Origin: Gemmatimonadota bacterium
Lineage (GTDB): Bacteria > Gemmatimonadota > Gemmatimonadetes > Gemmatimonadales > GWC2-71-9
Assembly (NCBI GenBank): GCA_046733215.1
Contig: JBKPOS010000010.1
Location: 1-59,824 of the forward strand
Length of the DNA: 59,824 nucleotides
Direction of reading: 5' to 3'
The translations under genes and the position numbers were made by a program. Within the stretch, counting starts at the first letter, position 1, and each line of letters opens with the position of its first letter. Positions 45,897 to 54,460 of this stretch are shown one piece after another. The notes beneath the pieces are model-generated. The model did no database searches. It was not told the origin of the DNA and saw only the letters and a list, made by a program, of their open reading frames with translations.

Positions 45897-47138
45897 ATGC
45901 CGGCCGTCCGGCTTTCCGCCGGGTGGGTCGTGCCGATCGAAGGGCCGCCGATCTCCAACGGGGCTGTTCTCGTCGGACCAGACGGCCGGATCGTCGGACT
46001 CGGTGCGGACGCCCAGGTGCCGCGGCCCGTCAGCGTGCCCGTGCATCACTACGCTGGTGCCGCAATCCTCCCCGGGCTCATCAATACTCATACCCACCTC
46101 GAGCTGACCGATCTGGCCGGACAGGTTGAAGAGGACGACTTCTCGGCATGGATTCGCCGGCTGAGGGAGCTCAAGGAGCAGTGCGGCACGGAGCAATACC
46201 TCGCGGCGGCCAAGCGTGGGGTGGAAACCTGCTGGGCGTCCGGGGTCACCACTGTCGCCGATACCGGAGACCGTGCTGTCGTCTTGCAGGCGCTCAGGGA
46301 ATGCGGCGGTTCTGGTATCGCGTACCAGGAAGTCTTTGGTCCGCATCCAGATCAGGCCCCGACCAGCATGGCTCGGCTCCGCGAAACGGTTGCGAAGCTG
46401 CGTTCATTCGAGTCGGACCGAGTCCGCCTCGGCATCTCACCCCATGCGCCGTATACCGTGAGTGGTCAGTTGTACCAATTGGCGGCGGAGTTCGCGGCGA
46501 GGGAGGGGTTGCCAACCGCCGTGCATCTGGCCGAATCGTTGGCAGAGACGCAGCTTCTCCGTGCGGCAGCCGGACCGTTTGCCGACGCGTGGCAACGACG
46601 GGGTATTCCGCTTCCTGTGATGCCGGGTCGCTCACCGGTCGCATGGCTGGGCGAGCATGGCGTGCTGACCGAGCGAACACTGTGCATTCACGTGGTGCAG
46701 CTGGATGCGGCCGATGTCGCTCGACTGGCGGCGGCCGGGGTAGCTGTGGCGCATTGCCCCCGCTCGAATCGCCGTCACGGCCATGGCGCTGCCCCCCTCG
46801 CTCGGCTGCTCGAGGCAGGGGTTCGGGTTGGCGTGGGGACCGACTCGGTCGTGAGCCTGGGGCCACTGGATCTCCTGGCCGAAGCCAGAGCGGCTCGCGA
46901 GCTGGCGTCGCTCTCCTGGGAGGAGGCCTTGCGCCTTGCCACCCTCGACGCGGCTCGCGCTTTGGGCCTGGAACGCGAGGTAGGGAGTCTCGCACCACGG
47001 AAGTGGGGTGACATCACAGTGGTGCGGCTGGAGGAAGACCAGCGTCCGCTAATGGAACAGATCGTCAGGAGTTCGAGCGATCGGATCATGGCGACTTATC
47101 TAGGAGGCCGGCGGGTGTACGAGGAACCAATCGGATGA
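45897..47138 (+). CDS. Amidohydrolase family (deaminase-like)
   Basis: PGLINTHTHLE, SPHAPY, HLAES, HCPRSN, GTDS. Confidence 0.9.
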   Translation: MPAVRLSAGWVVPIEGPPISNGAVLVGPDGRIVGLGADAQVPRPVSVPVHHYAGAAILPGLINTHTHLELTDLAGQVEEDDFSAWIRRLRELKEQCGTEQYLAAAKRGVETCWASGVTTVADTGDRAVVLQALRECGGSGIAYQEVFGPHPDQAPTSMARLRETVAKLRSFESDRVRLGISPHAPYTVSGQLYQLAAEFAAREGLPTAVHLAESLAETQLLRAAAGPFADAWQRRGIPLPVMPGRSPVAWLGEHGVLTERTLCIHVVQLDAADVARLAAAGVAVAHCPRSNRRHGHGAAPLARLLEAGVRVGVGTDSVVSLGPLDLLAEARAARELASLSWEEALRLATLDAARALGLEREVGSLAPRKWGDITVVRLEEDQRPLMEQIVRSSSDRIMATYLGGRRVYEEPIG

Positions 47139-47578
47139 AAGTGCAGCGACAGGCGACAATTCTGCGTATTGTGCGCGAGCGGCGGATCCACAACCAGGAA
47201 GACCTGCGGCAGGCGCTCGTCTCGGAAGGCTACGGGGTGACCCAGGCGACTCTCTCTCGCGATATTCGTGAGCTGGGTCTCGCCAAGCTGAGCGACCCCC
47301 AGCATGGCGCCTATTATGCTCATCCGACGGACGGGAATCTTAAGCCCGATCTCGCCCACGTCCTGCCTGCGCTGGTTGTGAGCGTCGACGGGGTGGGCCC
47401 GTTTCTGGTGCTCAAGACCGCGACCGGTTCGGCGGGAGCCGTGACGGCTGCCCTGGACCAGGCAGGCTGGAGCGAGGTGATGGGAACGTTGGCAGGTGAT
47501 GACACCGTCCTCGTCATCACGCGGGGAGAGCGACTCCGCCAGGCAGTCGCCAAGCGCATCGCGAGCATGTTGCGTTAG
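47135..47578 (+). CDS. argR: Arginine repressor
   Basis: QEDL, VTQATLSRDIRELG, GTLAGDDT. Confidence 0.93.
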   Translation: MKVQRQATILRIVRERRIHNQEDLRQALVSEGYGVTQATLSRDIRELGLAKLSDPQHGAYYAHPTDGNLKPDLAHVLPALVVSVDGVGPFLVLKTATGSAGAVTAALDQAGWSEVMGTLAGDDTVLVITRGERLRQAVAKRIASMLR

Positions 47579-47670
47579 CTCACCTTCCGGTGGCCGCTAC
47601 GGGAAATGACGCGGCGCGCCCAGATACCGGTTTTTCTTTAGGAAGACCAAGTTCTCTCGGAGTCCTGTTC

Positions 47671-48864
47671 ATGAGCCATCTCGTTAGCGCCGCCATCGAC
47701 CGTCGGGGCGGGCCGGTCAACGAGTGCGCAGTTCTTTCGGAAGCTCTTCTCTGGTCAAGCCATGAAGCCACGATCTGGAAGCCCCAGCGCTTCGAGGGCC
47801 AACCGCACTTTTATCCGGTGTACCGGTGGGGAGAGTTGTACTCCTACTCGCTGCTTTCGCTGATCCTCCACAAGGGAAGCCTTCACCTAAACCCTCGAGC
47901 CGCCCAGCAAGCATCGGCGCCCGGTTTCGTATATCAGTCAGTCGGCCATGGGGGCCGGGAAACCATCGACCGCGACATCATGCGAGTGGGAGGGCCACTC
48001 AAGCCCGGCTTCGAGATCCGCGAGCCTCGGGAGTTCGTGCGACGACTCGGTGACGCAATGCGGGAGGACGTTGCGGGGATCGAGGCCCGCAATCCGACCT
48101 GCACCAACGTCTTGCTCTGTGGGGGCCGCGACAGCTTGAATCTCCTTTTCCTGCCTTGGAACAACCCTGTAATCGTCGCCAGCGCCCTTCCGAACTACGC
48201 TCTGGTCCGAGAGTTTATGGATCGAAACGGACTTCGTTTCGATCTCGTCCAAATCGACGATCTTGACGCCAGCTTGCTCGAGACCGAGATCTTGATCAAC
48301 GCCTGCCGCAACAACCTGGCACATTGTCGATGGGGACCGGACCTGGTTCGACTTGCTGCCAGCCTTGGCGGTAAGGTGGTCTTCTGGAAGGGCCAGCTCG
48401 GCGATTCTTTGCTCCAGCCAAAGTGGCGGATCTACTCCAACGGACCGGATCGGTTGCGGCAGCTGCAGCAGAGGGCGGCCGGCTTCCTGGGTGGCCGTGG
48501 TGAAATTCGCTTGGATCGGTTTTTCGACCGCTCAACCCTCCGCCAGTGGCGCTACGTGCGCGCTCAATGGACACGCGGAGCAATGTGGCAGGGCGCCCAC
48601 ACCGGTTTACTGCGGGAAATTACCGACGCGCTGGTGGTTTCGGCCTATCACGGCCCCGCGGCGCGCCGCGTGCGCGGCCAAGTAGACCTGCGGTATGCAG
48701 TCACCGAAGACATCCGGCCTACGCTGGGTGAATATCTCGCCGCTAGGCCGCTGATCTATCCAGCGAGCAACCCCAGTCCGCCGCTTTCTGCGATTCGCAG
48801 CGGGGGGGCCTATTTGCCGCGATTTGTGGATGCAATAAAGCGTTTGGGAGCCTCCGTTTTTTAG
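47671..48864 (+). CDS. Hypothetical protein, possibly asparagine-synthase-like (adenine nucleotide alpha-hydrolase fold)
   Basis: LCGGRDS resembles the PP-loop LSGGxDS; KGQLGDS resembles the GxxGD motif. Start uncertain. Confidence 0.5.
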   Translation: MSHLVSAAIDRRGGPVNECAVLSEALLWSSHEATIWKPQRFEGQPHFYPVYRWGELYSYSLLSLILHKGSLHLNPRAAQQASAPGFVYQSVGHGGRETIDRDIMRVGGPLKPGFEIREPREFVRRLGDAMREDVAGIEARNPTCTNVLLCGGRDSLNLLFLPWNNPVIVASALPNYALVREFMDRNGLRFDLVQIDDLDASLLETEILINACRNNLAHCRWGPDLVRLAASLGGKVVFWKGQLGDSLLQPKWRIYSNGPDRLRQLQQRAAGFLGGRGEIRLDRFFDRSTLRQWRYVRAQWTRGAMWQGAHTGLLREITDALVVSAYHGPAARRVRGQVDLRYAVTEDIRPTLGEYLAARPLIYPASNPSPPLSAIRSGGAYLPRFVDAIKRLGASVF

Positions 48865-48950
48865 GGTCAAATCTGCTATCTAGAGGCAAAGTGGCTTCCT
48901 CGAGGGGGAGGCGAAGCGCCTAAGCAAGCAGCGTCCTGTGATTTCGGATC

Positions 48951-48996
48951 AAAAGAAGCCGCGCGATCCGCTCCGGAGAGCGGACCGCGCGGTTCT
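48951..48996 (-). terminator. Intrinsic terminator of the lipoprotein gene
   Basis: GCCGCGCG-A-TCCGCTC-CGGA-GAGCGGA-C-CGCGCGGT hairpin with AAAAGAA on the + side (U-tract on -), just after the stop at 49008. Confidence 0.75.
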
Positions 48997-49007
48997 GCGT
49001 CGGGAGC

Positions 49008-50606
49008 TTACTCGACTGAAGCGCGAGTCGGCCCCACCCGATGACGATCGAAGAAAATCGCGACCGCTCCCGGCCACATGCCGGCCTGGCGATAGAAGGC
49101 GAGCTTCGAGAGCAGAGCGCTGGTGGTCTCGTCGTTGATGGTTTGCTTCACGAATCGGGTGCACCGGCAGTCGGGGAACGTCTGTTGCACCCCGTTATAC
49201 CACAATTCGACCCAGCCCTGCGTCGGGTCCTTGGAGAACTTCACGTGCACCATGAAGTCGTGCCACCTGCCCTTCACAATCGGCGTCCTCCAACCCCCCG
49301 GGTACTCGAACTGGGTGGCCCCGCTGGACTCGTTGTGGGTCAGCGCCAGGTGGGCGGCACCGGATCCACCGCCCGGCGAGCCGTAGAAGCTTTGGAGAAT
49401 GACCCAGCCGTGGGACGGCACCTCCGGCATGTTGGTGGGGAGGTACAGGCTGAAGGCGGCCCAGTCTTCGTCGCCGGCTTTGATATAGTTGGAGCTCCCG
49501 ATTTGAGCCCGCGGGTTCTCCGTGGGGGTACAGGGATACACGTCGCTGTCGTAGACGTTGAAGCGGGCGGCGTAGGTGCCCTCGCGTGGGGTGGGCCAGG
49601 TGGGCTGAGAGCTCGCCGAGTACACGGTGACGCGGTCCGGAGTACACTGCTGCACCATCGTATACTGACGCAGATTGCCGGTCTCGAAGTTGCCCGTGAA
49701 CGACGCCCCGGACGATGTCGGGGCTGTGATGCTAACGCTGCTCGTATCCGCCATTCCCCCTTGTGCGGTCGCGATGACTCGGTAAGTGCCTCCGCTCAAC
49801 CCGGCTACGTAGTAACCCGTCACCGAAATCGACCCTCCTGTGGCGCTATAGGCAACTGGCACGTCGGGCGTAATTGTCCCGTCGGACAGATGTCCGACCA
49901 CGTTGAACTGAAGGCCTTGGCCGGCGCTGAGAGAGACGCTGGTGGGAGCCAGGGTGATTGACGTAAGCGTGGCGGGAGGTACCGTGACCACAGCCGTATC
50001 GGCGAGGCCGGTCGTGACGTGCTTGGCGATCACGTGGTAAGTGCCGGGACGACCTGCGGTGTATAGGCCGCCCTGGTCGATCGCTCCACCGTCAGTGCTC
50101 CAATCGACACCGATTTGTACCTGGGTGCCATCGCTCCGAGTCCCCACCACCGAGAACTGTCGTTGCGTTCCCCCGGCGACGGTCGCCGTCGTCGGCGTCA
50201 GCGTGACTTTGACGAGCGTGGGCTGTGTGGGGACGACGATCACTATCGACGTATCAGGCTGGTTGTGCGGGTTACCCTTGCGGCGCCCAACCACCTTGAA
50301 GGATCCGGTGCCGGACGATGCGTAGTTACCGCTGGCGTCGATGGTACCACCGGTGGCCGTCCACTCGATGGACGTGACCTGACTCGATCCTGGTATGAGC
50401 GACTCGAACGCCCTGAAGAGAACGCCTTGGCTGCCTTCGAGGGTTACGGCGCGCGGATTAAGGGCGACCGGACCATCGGTACCCGTATCCACGGGACGGT
50501 TGAGAGAGGGGTCGGTCGGCTCGCCGGCTGAGCACGCGGCCAGGAGCAGAAGCGGGCCGAGTCGAAGGCGAGCAAGGCGTCGCGACAGCTTGTAGGTGTA
50601 CGTCAT
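49008..50606 (-). CDS. Lipoprotein with Ig-like repeats and a C-terminal polysaccharide-lyase-like (concanavalin-fold) domain
   Basis: LLLLAAC lipobox; three repeats of W/Y..TGG.I...G.Y.A; C-terminal GNFETG...ARF...PRAQ...GRWHDF..HVKFS.D...GWVELW.NG. Confidence 0.75.
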   Translation of the reverse strand: MTYTYKLSRRLARLRLGPLLLLAACSAGEPTDPSLNRPVDTGTDGPVALNPRAVTLEGSQGVLFRAFESLIPGSSQVTSIEWTATGGTIDASGNYASSGTGSFKVVGRRKGNPHNQPDTSIVIVVPTQPTLVKVTLTPTTATVAGGTQRQFSVVGTRSDGTQVQIGVDWSTDGGAIDQGGLYTAGRPGTYHVIAKHVTTGLADTAVVTVPPATLTSITLAPTSVSLSAGQGLQFNVVGHLSDGTITPDVPVAYSATGGSISVTGYYVAGLSGGTYRVIATAQGGMADTSSVSITAPTSSGASFTGNFETGNLRQYTMVQQCTPDRVTVYSASSQPTWPTPREGTYAARFNVYDSDVYPCTPTENPRAQIGSSNYIKAGDEDWAAFSLYLPTNMPEVPSHGWVILQSFYGSPGGGSGAAHLALTHNESSGATQFEYPGGWRTPIVKGRWHDFMVHVKFSKDPTQGWVELWYNGVQQTFPDCRCTRFVKQTINDETTSALLSKLAFYRQAGMWPGAVAIFFDRHRVGPTRASVE

Positions 50607-50625
50607 CGGGGAAGTCCTCTGGGTA

Positions 50626-50682
50626 GAGAAAGCCGAAAGCCGCCAACCCGGAGCCTCGGTGGAGACTTCCGTCGCTGGCGGC
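50626..50682 (-). terminator. Riboswitch expression platform (terminator competing with the aptamer 3' strand)
   Basis: GCCGCCAGC (50682-50674) pairs with GUUGGCGGC (50647-50639), followed by UUUCGGCUUUCU. Confidence 0.6.
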
Positions 50683-50767
50683 CCGGCTGGCGTGACGATC
50701 AGGTTCGATCGTGGTAGCCCCGAAGCTCTGTGCCGCCGCCTTTCGGCGGCTTTACTCTGAGCAGCAA
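50672..50767 (-). ncRNA. GEMM-I (c-di-GMP-I class) riboswitch, A20 variant
   Basis: Minus strand UUGCUGCUCAGAGUAAAGCCGCC-GAAA-GGCGGCGGCACAGAGCUUCGGGGCUAC...GCCAGCCGGGCCGCCAGCGA: P1, GAAA-capped P2 and P3 align with the Vc2-type consensus. Confidence 0.85.
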
Positions 50768-51102
50768 TGGAGATGGCGCCGGTGCGAAGCGCCTATGGGG
50801 TTGTTTGGGCGGGTTATCTGGCAACTTCTGATCCACGGCGTTGCCACGGCGAGAGCAGTTCTGCAGAATCAATTGCCACTACACGAGTTGCTTCGTTGTG
50901 ATGTCTGTTAACTAGACGAATACACGCTGTAAAAAACTTGGAAGTCCGTCTTCAAGCGGTCTTGAATGCCGCCGAGGAGTCCAGAATCTGCAAGGAACGA
51001 CAACCCTTGCGCCGATACGCGTTTCGGGGTCTCAGTCCCTCCCTTGCCGGGCCGGGGTAAGGCCGGTTAGCATTTGACGGCTCTTGCGGTTACGGGAATC
51101 TC

Positions 51103-51660
51103 GTGCGCTGCCTCGCGCTTAACGCCTCGTTCGAACCCTTGACCATGGTCCCGGTGCGGCGGGCGCTGCGCCTGGTGATCGAAGGGAAAGCTGAGATCGT
51201 CGAATCGGACGGTGCAGATGTCGTCCGAAGCGAACGGCTCGCCTTCCCCAAACCGGCCATCATTCGGCTGGTCAAGTTTGTGCACGTTCCCCGCCGGTTC
51301 CGCCGTCAAGTCACCAACACCTTCCTTTTCGCTCGCGACGGATATCGCTGTCAGTATTGCCATCGAAGCCAGCTCGAGCTGCGACACCGCGAGTGCCTAA
51401 CGCGCGACCATCTGGTGCCCCTCTCTCGCGGCGGCGACAACGAGTGGACCAACTGCGTCACTGCCTGCAGTACCTGCAACACCAAAAAGGGCAATCATCT
51501 CCCGGCAGAGTGCGGCATGCATCCGTTGGCTGCGCCGCATGAGCCCCATTTCGTGCATCTCTCCTGGGCCGTCCGGCGACTCACGGCTCAACAGGCGAAG
51601 TACATTCGACTCTTTTACGGCGAAGCGGCACTTCGCGCTTTGGGCGGCATCGCGGTTTAA
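51103..51660 (+). CDS. HNH endonuclease (McrA-like family)
   Basis: LNASFEPL N-terminus, RDGYRCQYC, TRDHLVPLSRGG, WTNCVTACSTCNTKKG. Confidence 0.92.
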   Translation: MRCLALNASFEPLTMVPVRRALRLVIEGKAEIVESDGADVVRSERLAFPKPAIIRLVKFVHVPRRFRRQVTNTFLFARDGYRCQYCHRSQLELRHRECLTRDHLVPLSRGGDNEWTNCVTACSTCNTKKGNHLPAECGMHPLAAPHEPHFVHLSWAVRRLTAQQAKYIRLFYGEAALRALGGIAV

Positions 51661-51676
51661 TGGTGGTGAGGACACT

Positions 51677-52207
51677 CTGACCGCACCAAAGATCCTGCTC
51701 CGTGAAGACAAGGCCCCTCCTTCTTACGCCGGAAGCGCAGACCTTGCCTGGGCTTTGATCGCCGGTGTTGGCTTTGTCCTGCTCGCGACAAATTTTTTTG
51801 ATTTGCTGGGCTTCGCGGCGATTCCCCGCGCCGTTGGTTTGCAACAATGGGAGCAGAGCGCCGTAGCGCGGGCTTACGAGACTCTTCCGCTCATAACTCT
51901 CGGACTGGTGCTCCCTCTGTCCGCCGGAATAGCCAGCGGAAGGCGCAGGCTGGTGCTCGTGATGGTCTGTGTGCTGATCCCCTTTGGGACATTGCTCTTG
52001 ATTACGCCCCTCCTGTACATCTCCGGCCTGGTGACGGCCTGGTACGCGGGGGAGGATCCGGTCGAGCGCTTCAGCCTGAAGGACGGCATCATCAACCGCG
52101 CCGCTTGGCGCGCCACGATCTACCCCTTGTTGTACCTCTGGTTGGGCCTCAAAGGAGTGTATTGGGCCCACACGCCCCAGCACGTCCTGGGGCCTCCACC
52201 GACCTGA
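51677..52207 (+). CDS. Hypothetical membrane protein (~4 TM)
   Basis: Four hydrophobic segments; start uncertain (CTG 51677 after GAGGA). Confidence 0.55.
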   Translation: MTAPKILLREDKAPPSYAGSADLAWALIAGVGFVLLATNFFDLLGFAAIPRAVGLQQWEQSAVARAYETLPLITLGLVLPLSAGIASGRRRLVLVMVCVLIPFGTLLLITPLLYISGLVTAWYAGEDPVERFSLKDGIINRAAWRATIYPLLYLWLGLKGVYWAHTPQHVLGPPPT

Positions 52208-52255
52208 TGCGGCTCCGGCGTTGGGGAACTGGTACACCAGTTCCTCAAGCGCTGC

Positions 52256-53473
52256 TTACGTAGAGCTCAGGACCGATCTGAGCCGCCAGCCCAGGGTCGC
52301 CGCAACCACACCGACGCAGCACTCAGCTAGGGTCGTGGTTTCGCCGAACAGTGCGGGAATCGCCAGCAGTCCAAGTAGGAGCAGTAGAACTAGAATGGCT
52401 GCGGCATATAGGGGCTTTGTGCCGGTACCCCGCAGCCAAAAGCTCACGAGCCCGAGCCAGCATCCCACCCAGAAGGCCGAGACCCAGCCGGCCTCGGATC
52501 CGAAGGCGTAGTCGAATGGCAGCAGCAGGCTCCATCCCCATTGAGCGCTCAAGGGCAGGACACGCGACCGTCGGCCAGTGGGCCCGTTCGCCTCGATGAT
52601 GAGCCGGTTGTCCCGAACGCCGCCCGCGATGGTTAGTGTACGCCCCGTCGTGTTCTGAAAGACGCCGGGCAACCGAATTGCCGGCGGCCGAAGCTCGAAG
52701 TCGATGGCCCGTGCACGAAGTCGGAACAGGAGATCGTCTTTCCATTGAGCGAGCACGAGGATCTCCCGTTGCTCGTCGTCGAAAATGCTCGCAAGCGGAG
52801 CGATCCCTTTCGTAGGGCCGGCCGGCTCGGCGACCGCAGTGACCAGTTCGCCGCTAAGAAGCTGGTGACGGACCTCGGCAGAATTGGTCAGGCGATGCCC
52901 CGGCAAGGTGGCCGTGCCGATCCGCGCATCGAGAAGTCGGCCGGGGAAGGTGTCGAACTGACCGAGGTCGGCGGCACGTTGGCCCCAGTACACAGTGGTA
53001 GGCAAGGCGGGTCGCACTGCTGCGCCGGTCAGGGCGACCTGAGCCAGCCAGATCAAGGCAGTTGCGGAGGCGAGCACACGAGCTGTCGAACGGTTGGGGA
53101 TGACCCACGCACGCCATGAACCGGCCAGGATGGCCCCAAGCGCGGTGCCGATCGTGTTGGTGATGAGGTCACTCAGCGAAGCGTCGCGCCCGATGATCGC
53201 GACATATTGCGCAAGCTCGATGGAAAAGCTCAACAACGCGCCCAGCGCTATTGCTTGTCGCCGCGGCACGCCCAGCAGGGCAAGCCCCGCACCCAGCGGC
53301 ATGAAAAGGGCAACGTTGCCGAGAACATCCACCATCCCAAGGTCGCCGCACACGAGGCACCAGATCGGCGTCTGTTCGACCAGGGCTACGCGTTCGGGAT
53401 GAGGGACCAGCGTCGCGGCGGCAATGAGGACGAGTGCCGCCAGCGTGATTCCCCAAGCCGCCCAGCGTGGCAC
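52256..53473 (-). CDS. VanZ-family membrane protein
   Basis: DVLGNVALFMPLG, SFSIELAQ..IIGRDASLSDLITNTIG. Start uncertain (GTG 53473 or 53509). Confidence 0.8.
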   Translation of the reverse strand: MPRWAAWGITLAALVLIAAATLVPHPERVALVEQTPIWCLVCGDLGMVDVLGNVALFMPLGAGLALLGVPRRQAIALGALLSFSIELAQYVAIIGRDASLSDLITNTIGTALGAILAGSWRAWVIPNRSTARVLASATALIWLAQVALTGAAVRPALPTTVYWGQRAADLGQFDTFPGRLLDARIGTATLPGHRLTNSAEVRHQLLSGELVTAVAEPAGPTKGIAPLASIFDDEQREILVLAQWKDDLLFRLRARAIDFELRPPAIRLPGVFQNTTGRTLTIAGGVRDNRLIIEANGPTGRRSRVLPLSAQWGWSLLLPFDYAFGSEAGWVSAFWVGCWLGLVSFWLRGTGTKPLYAAAILVLLLLLGLLAIPALFGETTTLAECCVGVVAATLGWRLRSVLSST

Positions 53474-53617
53474 GTGGCCACCCGCTTCATGCTGCTTGAT
53501 GTGTGTCACCGCGTCGTCGGCAGAGTCACGTGCATGCCTGGAAGAATGATCGGCACCGAAGATCCTCAGGACAGAGTCCGCTGACAAGCCACCGCGTGGT
53601 GTTCGTATATTCCGCTG

Positions 53618-54460
53618 ATGCCCGAGCCCGCTTGCCATGTATTCTCGGTCGATCTCGAGGAATATTTCCAGGTGCTTGCCTTCGAGCGCGCCGTGCCACG
53701 CGCCCAGTGGGATTCAATGCCGAGCCGTGTCGAGGCGAGCGTGAACCAGTTGCTCGAGCTGCTGGCTCGGCACTCCGCCACCGCGACATTCTTCACGGTC
53801 GGCTGGGTTGCGGAGCGCAAGCCCCGACTGATCAAGCGCGTGGCTGAGCTCGGGCATGAAATCGCGTCGCACAGCTGGTGGCATCGCCGGGTCACAGCAC
53901 TGAGCCCGAGCGAGTTCAGAGACGACATCCGTCGCTGCCGCAGCGTGCTGGAGGATCTGAGCGGCCGCCCGGTGAGAGGTTTTCGCGCGCCGAGCTTTTC
54001 CATCGTGCCTGGAACCGAATGGGCGTTTGACGTGCTCATCGAAGAGGGGTACCGCTACGACTCGAGTGTATTTCCCATCCGGCGGCCGGACTACGGATAT
54101 CCGGGGGCGAGCCCCGACCCCTATCAAATTCGGCGCCCCGCAGGAGTACTGCTCGAGTTGCCCATGGCCACGACCGTTGCTGCTGGCGTGCGGCTCCCCG
54201 CCGCCGGCGGCGGATATTTCAGGCATCTTCCGTATGCGCTGACGGTGCGTGCCCTGCGCGACCATGAGGCGCGTGGCAGTGCGGCGATGTTCTACATTCA
54301 TCCGTGGGAGATCGATACCGAGCAGCCGCGTATTCCCGTTTCGCCGATCACTCGGTTCCGACACTACGGCGGCCTGTCGCGAACCCTTCCACGACTCGAG
54401 CGCCTGCTCGCCACATTTCGATTCGTGTCGGCCGAACGCCGCTACGAACTCGCCGCATGA
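53618..54460 (+). CDS. Polysaccharide deacetylase, PEP-CTERM/exosortase A-associated type (DUF3473)
   Basis: SVDLEEYFQV, ATFF, GHEIASH, GFRAPSFS, YDSS, GGGYFR, FYIHPWEID..QPR. Confidence 0.9.
   Translation: MPEPACHVFSVDLEEYFQVLAFERAVPRAQWDSMPSRVEASVNQLLELLARHSATATFFTVGWVAERKPRLIKRVAELGHEIASHSWWHRRVTALSPSEFRDDIRRCRSVLEDLSGRPVRGFRAPSFSIVPGTEWAFDVLIEEGYRYDSSVFPIRRPDYGYPGASPDPYQIRRPAGVLLELPMATTVAAGVRLPAAGGGYFRHLPYALTVRALRDHEARGSAAMFYIHPWEIDTEQPRIPVSPITRFRHYGGLSRTLPRLERLLATFRFVSAERRYELAA

Noticed and set aside
1219..46998. Many long antisense or alternate-frame ORFs (e.g. 1219..2265, 9034..10113, 19205..20497, 31616..32620, 44189..45262)
   Set aside because: They overlap well-supported genes, lack motifs, and are expected in high-GC DNA.
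50763..50778. Sigma54-like CGCCATCTCCATTGCT upstream of the riboswitch
   Set aside because: It lacks the invariant GG at -24, and its TSS would fall inside the aptamer.
51103..51660. HNH gene as a homing endonuclease or mobile element
   Set aside because: It has the widespread stand-alone LNAS.EPL family form, with no intron, terminal repeats or partner methyltransferase visible.
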